64,000 nucleotides of DNA from Eledone cirrhosa (GCA_964016885.1 OZ024745.1:126666001-126730000); one strand, 5' to 3'. Shown: positions 38,864-53,674, counted from the stretch's first letter. Numbers and translations: made by a program. Notes: generated from the sequence alone by a model not told the origin.

Positions 38864-40761
38864 ATCATTAATAAAACATGTGGGAAATATAAAAGAAACA
38901 GAAAACTTGGAAAACACAGCACATTTTCCACTCATCAGTTGCCTTCTGGAAATCATTGTAGTTTCAGATGCTTCAAAAGACAGGACTATTCCTCCCAGTG
39001 CATCTATAGCATCTAAAGGATGATAGCTATTCATGATGAAAATATAACGGATGCTGGACAAGAAAACAAGGCAAAATATCTACATACCAATATGGGACAG
39101 GAAAATTGCTACAATTGAATTCAACACACAAATGTGGGTAGGTAACCGTAAGAGAAATAGAGAAATTAATACAAGTTGGTTCGAGCAATCACCCTGGAAC
39201 TAATATTTGTAGACAAGAAGAGATATAGCAGAGTGAACTGACCAAGTCAGTGGTCAAATTATAAAAGAATGAGACAGATGCTTGACGGGAAGTTGGTAAG
39301 TAGGGCAGTAGAGAGAGAACTAAGAGAGGGAGAGAAAGCGAAATGGATGGATGGACGGACAAACAGAGAGCCAGATAGATAGATGGATAGAAAGATATAC
39401 AGACGGAGAGAGAGAGAGAGAACAGTGGTAAACAACAGTTTTGATTTCAAAATTAGGCTGTGTTGGTTACAATAATAATATCATTAAAAAAACACATGGG
39501 ACATAAAAGAAAATATGTATTAATGGCCCAAGAAGCAAACAATCCATACTGAAGAATAAGCAACATACATGGACTCACATATATACACACAATAGAAAAG
39601 ATTGCATGATATCTATGAAATTACAGCAGATTGTAAGGCAACAACCAAAGTAGAAAAGATCACAACAAATCATGAACTATCTTTGATCACTACCAATGAT
39701 ATGACTTTATTACTATGTAGCTCCATTCTTTGTACTTTCATTGTGGGAGAATAAACACTCACTGACTCAGTGATTGGTGTGTGTATGAGAGAGAGAGTGC
39801 GTGTGTGCATGCGTGTTTGTGTGCACATACATAGTTTACATTACCCCATAAAACAAGCAGCATAAAATAGATAACAAGACATTAAATAAAAAGCGTAGAT
39901 TTAAGTATGTCTGGCTTATAGGTGAGGTAAGCATAGTAATAGTAAGTTTCTGCTCCAGAAGAGAAGGTAGAAGTAATATAGGATTTCTGCACTGAATAAA
40001 ATAAAGCATTAAGATAATAATAATCCATTGGATAGAAAAGAAAAAGGAAAATTAATGAAATTCTGTTATGAGAATAGAAGTGCTGGAGAATTTAGATACT
40101 TCTTCAGATCAGATCAATATAACTCCAATGGCAAGAGGTTTGGTGAGAAAAACAAGCACATCACAAGTGCATACAGCTAAACACATACAGATAGATATAT
40201 GCATTCATGCCAAAAAAAGAAAGCTAAACTATTTTTTAACAACCAAGAGAAAATCAAACATTCAAATGCTTGTGTATAAAAATAATCATTGGTACTCCTC
40301 AATTACTTTAACCCTTTAGTATTCACATTACTCTATATATATACTATTATAATTTCATGTAAAGGCTTTACCTTGCATAATTATCTCACATAATATCGAA
40401 TCTATGAGATTTTGAAAGTATTTATTTTGAGAACAATACCTTAGCATCAGTTTGAGCGACCAGTTACTGCCCGTTTCAACAGAAAGAGGTAGAGAATTCT
40501 GGCCGGTTTGAACATTAAAGGGTTAAATGTGCTATAGGAGGGGGAGTGGAGTAAGGGGATGGTTTTTCCCTAGGAAACACCTTTATGGGGGTAGCATTTT
40601 AAGGAGTCACTGTGCAATATTCTGTATATTTTGTGTCAAGTGGGGATCAGCAAACTGAAGGGTTGCCCTGGGCAGCAAATACTCAAACTACACCACTGGA
40701 AATAAGATTGATCAGATTCACAGATTTCTTTCCCAATGGTATCAGCAATGTACTTTAAAAA

Positions 40762-41140
40762 CAATAATAATAATGAAAATTATTGTGTACACTGCTCAGG
40801 TGAACTACAACTTATCAAAGATGCATATATAGTACACAGAATAATGTACAAATGAATCATGATATACATACAGATACATGTGTGCATGTGTATGGTGGGA
40901 GAATATCATATGTAGTGTTGGTGAATTTCGGGAAGTTTTGAAGTTTTGAAGGATGCAGTATCCCAACAGCTCACAACTGATGCAGGTAGTTTGTTCCATG
41001 CTTCAGCAACTCTGAGCATGAAAGAATGCTTCTGAACGTCATGGGAGTTGTATAGTTTTCTGATTTTGAAAGCATGTTCACGGGTATTAGACACATGGAA
41101 TTCAAAAAGGTGCTCAGGGTTGTTGTTGGAAAGGTGGTTT
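40762..41140 (-). mobile_element. CR1-like LINE 3' end; its 3' tail recurs alone at 7885-7940, 18622-18702, 31180-31260
   Basis: NTREHAFKIRK...SFMLRVAEAWNKLPASVV...ASFK motif; (ATT)n tail. Confidence 0.75.
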
Positions 41141-43774
41141 ATATATGATAGCTAGAAACGAGAATTAAACCAGATTTGGCTTCATAGAAGCTTACTCAAT
41201 ACCAAAACGCCTTTTTTTTTAAATATGTATTTAATCAGTGATAGAACACTTCAGTTACAGAATATCCCTGTCTGGTGAAGTAGGCATATTTAATGTTCAG
41301 CTTGAAATCTAAACATCAATTTTATGGGGGAAATGGGGCAAGAGGATATGTAGAGAAGTGCAGTTTTGAAAGGAATGGACAGGGTGTTTAGTCTTGTACT
41401 TTCATATCTTTTCAGCCTGTCACAAACTCTATGCAATGGATATTTACTATAACTGATATCTGCAATTATGGTTCCTCTAATTTGTAGTGAGACCTTATAA
41501 ATTCTGTTGTAGAAAACATCAAGCGATAAGTTAAATTCATCTTATAGTAACTTATAGTTATATAATTTTTGTATAAAAATTTATTTTTAATAAACATATT
41601 CAGGTAGGCTTGACAAATTTTATGGGCAAAACCAACCGGCTTGAGACCCAGGGGTAGACCCTGAGCAGGATGATTGGATAACATTCATGAGCTTGGCTGG
41701 TCATGCTTGGGGATCCAGCCAGATCTGTTGGAGATGGCTGCTTCTGACAGGACCTGCTAGAAGGAATGTCTGAGGACTCTGCCCCCATGACCCTCTCAGG
41801 AATAAGTGGGTAAAGAACAAGAAGGTAGGCTTGCAGATTTTTCATTTAATTCCTAAATACATAAATTACAATAGATAAAACTGATGATTAATATTAGCCA
41901 TATTACAAACCATCTCATACATATAACGAGTCGGATGCCATGCTTTGCAGCATTGAGTTACGGCCCTTTACTGCCTTAGTTCAACAATTAACCCATTACA
42001 AAACACAAGGAGAGCCCACAATGGCATACTTCTTCCACGTCTGGGATGGTGCTGTTGCAACATATATATGGATATCTATAAAATGGCCCACTTAACTGAT
42101 AGGCATGAAATCACTCAACACATTCCAACCTTGAGGCCTCAGATGTGTTCTTTCTCTTCTCAGTCTTTTTTACTGCTACTACAGTGGCCTATGCTTCTTA
42201 TGATTGACTGGTGTCATGCTACCACCATTCAGGCCCTCACAGCACACTTGTCACCCATATTTTTCTCTCTGACTCCCAGTTTTACACTAACCACTTCTAT
42301 CTGTAATGCACCACACCAGATATGTATGTTTCATTAACCCTGAGGACCAACTTGCTCAACCTGTGCCGATAAAAACGAACTAGTTGGTTCTGAGGACTAA
42401 CAAAACATATGTACCTGGTATGGCACCATTGTAGTAACTGGCCTTAATTCTCAGACCGGGTGATGTGTTGTTTCCTTGAGCAAGACACTTTATTTCACAG
42501 ATGTCAACCCTCTGGAATTTCCTTCCACATCCATGTTTTTCTAAAGTTGTCAACCTGCAATTATTCACGAGAGAGACTAACCACACTGCTTTCACATATA
42601 CTGGAGGGCCATAGTTATAGCTCCTTCCTTTGAAAAAAAAAAAAAAAAAAAATACTAGGCATCTTGTACACCAACATACCTGGTAAAGTGTTTTATACAA
42701 AAAGTTACTGTATTAAAAAAGACAAGAAAAATTGAACTGAAATCAAATGTCTTTCTCCATAGTTTCGATTTTTTTTCCATTACTATCAGTTAGAGATATT
42801 AAATACACTTTCTGTCTTTGAAATTCAGGTAGGGGGAAATATTGTATTTTGTTGAAAGCTTTTTTGACTGAAGAATTTTTCTTGACTGGTAAAAAGAAAA
42901 TAACAGACTATTCTATTATCACATACATTAGACCACAAAGTATATCCATATATATTTGGAGGCACATGGCTTAGTGGTGATGTGTTGTTTCCTTGAGCAA
43001 GGCACTTTATTTCACATTTCTCCAGTTTACTCAGCTGTAGAAATGAGATGATAGGACTGGGGTCCCTATCATTCCACTGCAAAGTGGTCGTGTAGGCACC
43101 ATGACAAAAAAGCACCCAGCCCACACTGTAAAGTGGACGTGTAGACACCACAGAAAAAAAGCACCCAGCACTCACTGTTAATGAGGTTGGTGTTAGGAAG
43201 GGCATCCAGCTGTAGAAATCAAGCCAGAATCAGTTCCCATCCCACCCTTGCAAGCAGGGAAAAGCGGACGTAAAATGATGATGATGATGATGATTTGATC
43301 CGTCTGGCACGCGATAACCATGTACTTTCTCTCTTAACACATGTGCATTATTTAGTCTTCTGAGAAATTTAGTAGTGAGGGGGTAAACTAGTTGCAAAGT
43401 ATCCATTGAAAAGCATTGGACCAGTAAATCATTTCACTGAATTGCGAAACAGTTCTACCCAAAAGCTGTCTGAATACGTGATAGTTATCATAGTAGGTTT
43501 GTATATTTTGATTTATCTTTTTAATTGAATTCTGTGAACCATACTATTTTAGTCAGTATTTTCTTCACCTTGGCGGTTTCTGTCCCTTGTGATTTGAATG
43601 CATATAGTTATATATCTGTGTTCATCTCTCTTTACTGTGTTATATATATAAATATATATGTGTGTGTGCATGTGTTTCTGTGTGCACATATATATATAAA
43701 GTAATAGGTAGGTAAATATATCCAAAGTATAGAGCAACTCAAGTCAGTAGGATGGGTTTGAATATGATTATTAA

Positions 43775-43927
43775 GGCCAGTTACTACAACGGCACCACAC
43801 CAGATATGTATGTTTCATTAACCCTGAGGACCAACTTGCTCAACCTGTGCCGATAAAAACAAACTAGTTGGTTCTGAGGACTAACAAAACATATGTACCT
43901 GGTATGGCACCATTGTAGTAACTGGCC
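43775..43927. mobile_element. Palindromic MITE (PIF/Harbinger-like termini); truncated copy at 42308-42447
   Basis: ttaa-ggccagttactacaa...ttgtagtaactggcc-ttaa, long imperfect inverted arms. Confidence 0.7.
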
Positions 43928-45027
43928 TTAACAATATTATAATATATATATATATACATATATATATGATGGAGGCACATGGCTTAGTGGTTAGAGCATT
44001 GGCCTTGCAAAGGAAAAGTATGGAGGCACATGGCTTAGTGGTTAGAGCATTGGCCTTGCAACGGAAAAGTTGTGCGTTCAATTATCAGACCGGGTGATGT
44101 GTTGTTTCCTTGAGCAAGACACTTTATTTCACATTGCTCCAGTTTACTCAGCTGTAGAAATGAGATGATAGGGACTGGGGTCCCTATCATTCCACTGCAA
44201 AGTGGTCGTGGAGGTGCCACGGCAAAAAAGCACCCACCACTCACTGTAAATGAGGTTGGTGTTAGGAAGGGCATCCAGCTGTAGAAATCAAGCCAGAATC
44301 AGTTCCCGTCCCACCCTTGCAAGCAGGGAAAAGTGGACATAAAATGAAATGATGATGAAAATGATGATGATGGCTGCAACTCGATTTCAAGTAATGCCAT
44401 TGTTTTTCATCCTGCAGAGTGTCAAAAATCACCCTCCTAACCAAGCAAGCTTCGTCGTGTTGCTGGTTTAATGGCTGATGACCCGACCATACAGAGTTTG
44501 ACTGGGTTATATGAGCATCACAGACATAGCTTTTTAGTCCTGTTTGGGACTTGCCTATAGCCAGCAATATCATGCATTGCAAAAAATGTCACATATCAAG
44601 TGATACCTGTGCTTGAAGCTTTTTAAAGTGAGGAATAGCTTTGCTCAGAGCCAATCCCACTCTCTGAACATCGAATGCATTTGCCCCAAAAGTAGAACTG
44701 TTCTACATCATTGGATGTAAACAAAGTTTCAGGTTTTATATCAGAGTGACCTTCTAGAGAAATGTCTTAATGAAGACTAGGAGTCTCTCGCTCTACCAAA
44801 AAAAAAAAAAAAACTTTATTGGATGGCCATTGACTTTCCTGAGTTACTCCTCCCTTTGACAGGTTTTGTTTTTCATCCTGCAGGGTGTCCAAAATCACCC
44901 TCCTCATGAAGCAAGCTTCGTGGTGTTGCTAGTTTAGTGGCTGATGACCCAACCATGCACAGTTTGTACTGGATTATATGTTACCAGTAGCACTGAAGAG
45001 TGATATAAATATATATATATATATATA

Positions 45028-45370
45028 TTTAAAAAAATAGAGGTGTAACACACGAGTTGTGATATATTAGTAAAAGGAAAAGAAAATGTGAAAAATAGTT
45101 TAATAGTTTAATAGAAAAATAGTTTAATTAGGAATAAGTATAAATTAGTAATAAGTATTGGTTAGTATTCAGTTTAGTTTTAAGTTTTTACCGGTTGCGC
45201 ATTTCTAATGCTTTTCAAAAATAATTTTGAGATAGAGCGCTCGTGATGTTTGCTCTAATCTAAAACTGAATACTAACCAATACTTATTACTAATTTATAC
45301 TTATTCCTAATTAAACTATTTTTCACTGGGAAAAATTTGTCAGCATTTTCTTTTCCTTTTACTAATATAT
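45028..45370. mobile_element. Fold-back element in (TA)n with near-perfect ~60-bp arms
   Basis: aaaaatagtttaattaggaataagtataaattagtaataagtattggttagtattcagttt (~45115-45175) is the reverse complement of ~45263-45324; outer arms 45062-45088 / 45344-45370. Confidence 0.75.
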
Positions 45371-46199
45371 ATATATATATATACATACACACACACAAAT
45401 GTATATGAAAAGTCAATGAGGAAAAACAACACAGGAGAATGCTCCAATAAGGATATAAATTAGTTTAATACTTGATATAGTAGGAAAAGAGTCTTAACGT
45501 TTCAGATGTTAGTCAATCAGATGATAGATATATGGCTGATTATATAATGTATATATATATATATATAAAATATTGTTTTATTCAAGAAGTTACAATGTAA
45601 CAAAGACATATAAGTAACTTATTTCTGCAACTATATATAAATGTGTATGTGTATAAATATATTAGTGACCAGGTGTGTTTTCTTTTTGTTGCTGAAGTTA
45701 ACTAAAGTCAACAGCACAAGGTAGAGTAGAATATTCATCTGAAACTTTAAAAATCAATATATTTTTCTAGAAGTAAGGGTATAATAACTTATGTTCTGAA
45801 TACTCAATATTCAATATGCATACAATTTTCCTCCTTTGTTTGCATTCTCATCAATGAGTATTTAGTTGTTCAATCAATGGGTTTTCTGACTCAGTAATTA
45901 ACATGGATGAGTATTCCACAGACAGGTGAGATCTTTAACAAAATTTCCAAACAGAATCAATGTGACAACACTGTGCCTTTCATTTACAGATACAAGCCAT
46001 CTGATAGGCAGTTTTCATCTACCAAGTTTCATTCACAATGTTTGGCTTTACCCGAGGTGATAGTAAAGACACTTGCCCAAGATGCAACACAGTGGAATTA
46101 AACCCATGATTACGAAGCAAACTTCTGAACCACTAAGCTATGTAAATTTCCATTACTGCTACTACAGAATCAGTATGAAAACTGTCTCAAGGAAAAATG

Positions 46200-47290
46200 T
46201 TTATTCATACACCTACCTTCCATCACTACTCTAACTGACCATTCCCCCACTCTCAACTCTCTCAATGCCTATCTCCCTACTTCATGAGGAATCCTATCAA
46301 AAGCTTTCTCCAGTTCGACAAACCCATCCAAAACAATCCTTCCTATTGTCCCTTTATTGCAACTGGCTCAAAATAAAAACTGCATCAGTCATTCCTTTTC
46401 ACTGGCACAAATTTAAACTGCATTTAATCAATCTCCACTTTTTCCCTATCCACTTCTCTAGCACTCTTTCCAATACCTCCATTGCTCAATATGAACTACA
46501 GTGTACAGCATTGCCTTTCCTTTGTACATAAAAATAAGAGTACTGAACTTCCAATTCACTCAAATACAGTTTTCTTTTACCACCCACCTAATCCATATTA
46601 ATGATAGCATGTGGCATGCAAATAAGAACTGTACTCTCATGACTTCAAACCTCCAGCATGTCAGATCTGCACTATCTCCATGATTAAAACCATCTTACAA
46701 TAAAAATCAGATAAGTTAGCCTTATCTAACAGCACAGATACAGTTACTGCACATATCAAGGAAACATATTTACAAAACTATACACCTCTCTACTCATGAA
46801 CAACACACAACTATAACCCTTATAATTTCTATAAATAGTAGGCAATGTAATCTTTGAGAAGACAACCCACATACATAATAGTGACAAAACTGCATCACAA
46901 AGACTAGGAATCCTATTTAACCCCAGAAAATAATTCAGCCCTGTTCACTTGTTGACTCTATACAAAACTCAATGAAAACCTACATTGGAGTACTGGTCAC
47001 ATCTACTGGACACTGCTAGTGCTACACACAAAAATCCAAGACCATATTTAAGGCTATTTGACTGATTGATTCACTTCAAAAATAGATGTAGTTTCTACTC
47101 TTTGTCTCTTTTATGGCTACAACAAGGTTGCCTTCTCTGAACCAGCTAAGTGCATATACTAGGTCACCCTTGCTCAACTGTCACTCTTATGGTGTTTAAT
47201 CTTTCAAAATCCTCCTTGAAAACTTCAAACATGCCTTCTTCTTCAGAACCTTTGTGAAATGACCTCTGCCAACCTATGCTTTTCATGTAG
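46200..47290 (+). mobile_element. Highly degraded CR1/L2-like LINE remnant (related remnants ~29560-30370 + and ~35900-36400 -)
   Basis: TLYKTQ*KPTLEYWSH at ~46955-47003 (LYK...RP.LEY motif); C/A-rich strand bias. Confidence 0.5.
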
Positions 47291-47938
47291 ACATTAACTC
47301 TTTCGCATTTAAACTGGCCGTATCTGGCCAGAATTCTCTTTTTGTTCAAACTAGCTGTAACTGGATGCTCATACTGACATTAAGGTATTGTTTTCAAAAT
47401 AAGTAATAACATCATTAAAATCTCATAGATTCAATATTATGTCAGTTAATTACATAAGATAAAGCCTTTACCACAATAATGCAATAGTATATATAGAGAG
47501 TAATGTAAATGCTAAAGGGTTAAACTACAAATGGTCGAACTGAACATTAATCACATCAATCTTACCAGTCTAAGAGGGCCTGCAAAAGTCATGAGCATGG
47601 GCTTTTCTTTAAATGAGCAATTTTTAAAATAAGTTCTTCTGGACCCAGGAAGAATCATAAGCTTTTATATTTATGTGCAAACGGCTTTTAAACATTCTAT
47701 GGAGTTGAAGTGATTTAAAACATAAAAAAATAATCTAGCAGCTTTTGAAATAAGGCATTACAATATTTCCTTCTGGATTACATTAATAAAGTCTATGTGA
47801 CATAAGAGATGATATACAAGTTTATGTATTTGAGTTACATACCATTTATTATCCTGACAAATGATGGTAGATAACAGATAATTGTATCCAAGAAAACACA
47901 ATTAAATCATAATTTCACTAATGGGATATTTTTAAATA

Positions 47939-48131
47939 TGAGGGTGGCTGAAAAGTTCATAGGCTGACCAGGATACTTTCATGGAATGACCAAATGAGGT
48001 TTATTTTTCAACATAGTCCTTGGAAAGAAACAAGACAGTTATTAAGAAGAAGAGTTGAAATTAATGCATGCAAGATTTCACAGCTCAAGCATCACCCCTT
48101 CATAGTCAGCTTATGAACTTTTCAGCTGATC
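47939..48131. mobile_element. mariner-like MITE
   Basis: TIR gctgaaaagttcataggctgac / gtcagcttatgaacttttcagc, TA flanks. Confidence 0.65.
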
Positions 48132-48711
48132 GTAATGTCAGGTCTAGAAAATGTTTAAATCAGTAAATTATATGAAAAGACATTAAAAATTACTGTTCCA
48201 AGGTTCTAAAATATAGAACACTCTACTCATTCTTTAGATTATAAAAATAAATAGATAACAACTTTGTGCACTACTTTATAAACCCAAAGTGATTTGCTGT
48301 TTTCTATTCTTCAACTTTATCAGTTCCTTCAAATTACAAGAAAGAAATTATTGTAAACTATAAATAGCTCATGACTTAACCCTTTTGAAAACACCCTGAT
48401 TTTATGATACAAAACTGCCTGTTTTTAAATGTCCATACTTATATTAAAAAGTTTCCATTAAAATTTTATTTAAGAAACCTTTTTTAAGTTATATTTCAAA
48501 CACCAACTTAGTAATCAGAAAGTTATTTCATTAAATATCTCCAAATTCTAAGTTATTTTCAAAATTAATTGAAACACATAGGCAGTGTCTTTCATTAGAA
48601 ATATGATAACGAAATGGCTAAATAACTGATTTTTGTTTTGTTTTTTCAGGTTGAGAACATTATTTTCTATATTCACAATAGTTTAGCCATAATCATTCTT
48701 CTATTTATTGA

Positions 48712-48830
48712 ATCACAATATTATTTTCTCAAATTAAAATATTCTACTTTTTCACAATATTATTTTCTCAAATTAAAATATTCTACTTTTTCACAATATT
48801 ATTTTCTCAAATTAAAATATTCTACTTTTT
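48712..48830. repeat. 39-bp tandem repeat x3
   Basis: tcacaatattattttctcaaattaaaatattctactttt. Confidence 0.9.
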
Positions 48831-51800
48831 CTATTCCTCACATCTGTTAGCTGAGTATTATGTGGATAACTATTAGAAGCATCTTACTGAATTGTAATGA
48901 TCAACACAACCACTGGCCTTGTGCCAAAAGTAGAAACAATTATTTTCCACTAATCTGTTATTTCATTTGAATATGTATACATTTTACTAAAGGAAGAACA
49001 TATTTGATTGAATTTAGTAAGGTATTACTGGTACTTATTTTATCCCCACAGAATAATTTGAATTCAGAAAATAGAGTGAGAAAACTGTAACTTATATAAG
49101 TCAACTGTTCTGATTTAAAAAGAAAAAGAATTCAGAACTTCAAACCACATTTGCATTATCAAGGTTAAATTAAACAATTTCAAGCTAAAATTTGACAATA
49201 AATATGAGAAAATTATAATTATTAATTCAACACGAGTGAATAAGAAATATAAAACAGATTGATCATTGTTTCTACTTCTGGTACAAGGCCAGCAATTACC
49301 CCAGCACATTACTGGTGCTTTATTTTATTGACTCCCGTAAGGATGAAAGGCAAAGTTAACCTTGGTGGGATTTGAACTCAAAACATAAAGGGCCATAACT
49401 CTATGCTGCAAAGCATGGTGCCTGACACTCTACCCATACTGCCACAGCATTTATAATTATCTATTTTTTATTTTGTTTATTTTGAGTGAAAGAACAGTCT
49501 TCTTTGTTTAGTTGAACATAAAACATTACAAAACAATAAATAATTTCATATAAAAACATTATAAGTTACATATAATATCAAGTAATGTTTAATTTTAACA
49601 AATTACTGATGCAGATAAAGAGCATATAGAAGGGGATAATTATGTGAGCAGATAGTGGAACATAGGTCTATATATTCCTACTGCCTTGGTGAAATTAGCA
49701 CAATACCATGCCATGATCATCACTGTTTTTAAATCCATTTTCTATACTAACATGGCTTTTATATCCTGAGATCATGAGATTAAACAGGTCTGGTAGTCAC
49801 GTCTTGCTCATACATTTCATTTTGGCATGGTTTTTATGGCTAACTGCTTTACAGTATGGACTGGATACACTTTATCATGGCAATAACACAACCACATTAT
49901 AGTGGGGACTGATTGTAGCAACAGCATTATTATTTGACAGGGTGGACTGGATGCATTTTATCATGGCACCAGCACATTACCCCAGTGCATTACTGGTACT
50001 TTATTTATCGACCCCGTAAGGATGAAAGGCAAAGTTAACCTCGGCGGGAATTGAACTCACTACCTTCATAAAATAATTGTTTCTACTATTGGCACAAGGC
50101 CAGCAATTACCCAGTGCATTACTGGTACTTTATTTTATCGACCCCGTAAGGATGAAAGCAAAGTCAACCTCGGCGGGATTTGAACTCAGATCGTAAAGGG
50201 ACGTAACTATGCTGGAAAGTATGTCCGACCCTCTGCCGATACTGCCAATTCACTACCCTCATAAAATAATGGTTTCTGATTTAAGCACAAGGCCAACAAT
50301 TTTGGGGGAGAAGAAAGTCGATTAAATCAACCCCAGTGTGTTATGGGTACTTTACTTTATTTTATTAACTCCATAAGGATGAAAGGCAAAGCTAACCTCA
50401 TTGAGATCTGAACTCAGAACACGAAGGGATGTAACTCTAAGTTGCAAAACATTTTGTCTGACACTCAACTGATACTGCCAATCCACTGCCCTTGATAAAC
50501 GAAGTACAGGACACGGTTTATTGTTGCAGCAAACTCCAGTTTACATTCAAAATAGAGTGAATCATTTTTTTTTTCATTAAAAATATAATGGTAAACTGTG
50601 TTTTCAATTAAAGAAATAACATTCATATAACTAATGAGCAGAATGGACAGATAGACAGACAGATAAAGGGAATAATCCAACTTTTCTCCTCCTCCACTGT
50701 ATCAACAAGGTTAGCTTGTCCCAACTAAATATAACATCAAAAAGAAAGATTAACATTAATGAAATAAAACAACACAATGCTATCTTTGTACACTAATCTC
50801 CACTGGGGACAAGAGAGATAATAAATTAAATATCATCATCATAGTTTAATGACAATTTTCCCTCTTAGCAACAACTGGACATCATCATCAACAATAAACA
50901 AATAAATAAGATGGAAATTGCCCCAATATTAATAAAATACAGAAATAAATTAAATAGAATAACCAAAAAAATTCATGCAGGGACCTCTCCTAATTCAAAA
51001 TGTATTATTTATTTATTTTCCTGTATTGTATTTAGCCCAAAGCATGGTTGACAAGAATGTAAATGATAAAGCAGGTAATAATGATTTTTTTTTATTTAGG
51101 CACAAGGCCAGACATTTTAAGGGAACGGAAAGTTGGTTATATTGACCCCAGTATTTCACTGGTAATTTATTTTATTGAACCTAGTCAGATAAAAGGTAAC
51201 ATTGACCTCAGCAAGATTTGAAGCCAAAATTTAACCCTTTAGCATTTAAAGGGGCCAATTCTCTCACCTCTTTCTGTTCAAACCAGCCATAGCCAGCTGC
51301 ACATACTTACGTTAAGGTATTGTTCTCAAAATAAATTATCAAAATCTTGTAGATTCGGTGTTATGTGAGATAATTATGTGAAATAAAGTGTTTACTGTGA
51401 AAATACAATAGTAAATATAACATCATCATCATCACCGTTTTACGTCCATTCTTCCATGCTAGCATGGGTTAGACAAGTTGTCCTGTTATGGGTAATGTCA
51501 GGTCAGGTGACCATGTCTTGCTCATACAGAACTGATTTGGGCTTGGTTTCTACAGCTGGATGCCCTTCCTAACACCAACCTCATTTACAGTAGAGTAATT
51601 TAAATGCTAAAGGGTTAAAGGGCCATAACTAAATACCATAAATCATTTTATCTAATGCTCTAACAATTCTGCCAAAACACCACCTTCTGATAAACTAAGT
51701 AATAATTGTTTCTAGCATTGGCACAAAACAAGGAATTTGGGTGAGGAGGGAATGATGATTGTATCAACCTCAGTATTTGACTGGTACTTTATTTTATTGA

Positions 51801-53243
51801 CTTCAGATGGATGAAAGGTAAAGTTGACGTCAGTGAGATTTGAACTCAGAATGTAAAGGGCCAGAATAAATACTGCAATAACATTTTATTTGATAATAAA
51901 GTAATAATGGTTTTTGATTTAAGCAAAAGACCAACAATTTTGGGAGAGAGGAAAGTCAATTAAATTGACCCCAGTGCTTTACTAGTGCTTTATTTTATCA
52001 ACACCTATAATGATGAAAGGCTAAGCTAACCTTGGTGGTATTTGAACTCAGTACATAAAGGGGAGGGTAACTATGCTGCCAAAGTATGTTGTCTGATACT
52101 TTACTGATACTGTCAATCCACCGACCTTGATAAACGTAATAAAAGTAATAATTGTTTCTACTATTGGCACAAGGCCAGTAATTACCCCAGTGCATTACTG
52201 GTACTTTATTTTATCGACCCCGTAAGGATGAAAGGCAAAGTTAACCTCGGCGGGATTTGAACTCAGAATGGCAAGGGCCGTAACTCTATGCTGCAAAGCA
52301 TGGCGTCCGACTCTCTACTGATACTGCCAATCCATCGCCCTTTATAATGATAATTGTTTCTACTATTGGGACAAGGCCAGCAATTACCCAGTTCATTACT
52401 GGTACTTTATTTTATCGACCTGGTAAGGATGAAAGGCAAAGTTACCTCGACGGGATTTGAACTCAGACCGTAAAGGGACGTAACTATGCTGGAAAGCATG
52501 GCGTCTGACCCTCTACTGATACTACCAATCCTCCATAATAATGTATTTAAGACAAACAACAAAGAAAAATATCGCACACAGAAACTATTTGAAGAGGTGT
52601 TTGTTAAGGTTTATGGTAAGTGTATAAGCTAGAAGGGAGGAAGGGCATCAGAATAAGTACATGTGTCAGTTTATTATTGGATAGTTAGGTGTGAAACAGA
52701 AAGAGAGACACAACATGTCTGTAGTTGGTAGATATACATGTATAAAGTGATGATGATGATGATGGAGGGAGGGGAGTAGCAGATCAAAAGATTATTGTGG
52801 TTGTCCAAAAGGAGAGGAAATGTGTTGGTGTATGGTATTGTTTCTATATATATGGGATGAGAGTAGAGTTTTTATTTGTTTTGGCAGGTGCATTTGTGTA
52901 GAGTTGCCTGTGTGTATAATTACGTAGGGCAACAGTCATTGTAATTGTTCATAAGAGATGTATATCTCATTTGTTTAATTGACATCTGTATAGGCACATG
53001 AATGTGATCACATGGGATGCTATCTATGGGAGTTGTCTGAAGGGATGTGGGTGCTGAAGGAGAAGATGCTTCTTGTATTTAAGTGTATAAAAGTATATAC
53101 ATATCATCTGACTAAAATATTCTAAAGACACATGTATTTATACATCTGTATAGAGATACTTATATAGATTGATGTCTCTATAAGAATGCGTGGGTGTGAA
53201 TGGTGTGTGGGTATATGAGTGTGTGATGAATAGGAGAAGGAGT

Positions 53244-53274
<31 letters not shown>

Positions 53275-53674
53275 AGGAGATAATCTGTATGTGGGAAAAG
53301 CAAACAAAAATTGCAGAATTAAGCAACAATAATTAATGTAAAATATTCATATTTGATACAATCTAAAAACAAAGTACACCTAATGTCTTACAGCTGTCCT
53401 AAGTACCATCAGTTTGTAAAGCATTATTCCCCAGTTCCAAATAATTAGAATGGTGTATATATGGCTGCATAAACTCACCGGTATCATTGCTTCAGTTTGA
53501 AACGAGAATCAGCTTAAACAATAAAAATTAGTAATGTATGATTGTGGGTAATAAATGTGTGTGTGTGTGTATACACACATACACACACATATATATTCAT
53601 TTATCAAGGCTAAATAATGAGTCTTATTACTCTGGAGTTTTGCCTTTTTATCACAGGATCATATATATATATAT

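Noticed and set aside
44474-44490. CTGATGA in the duplicated 44.4/44.9 kb repeat
   Set aside because: No stem II-GAAA partner downstream.
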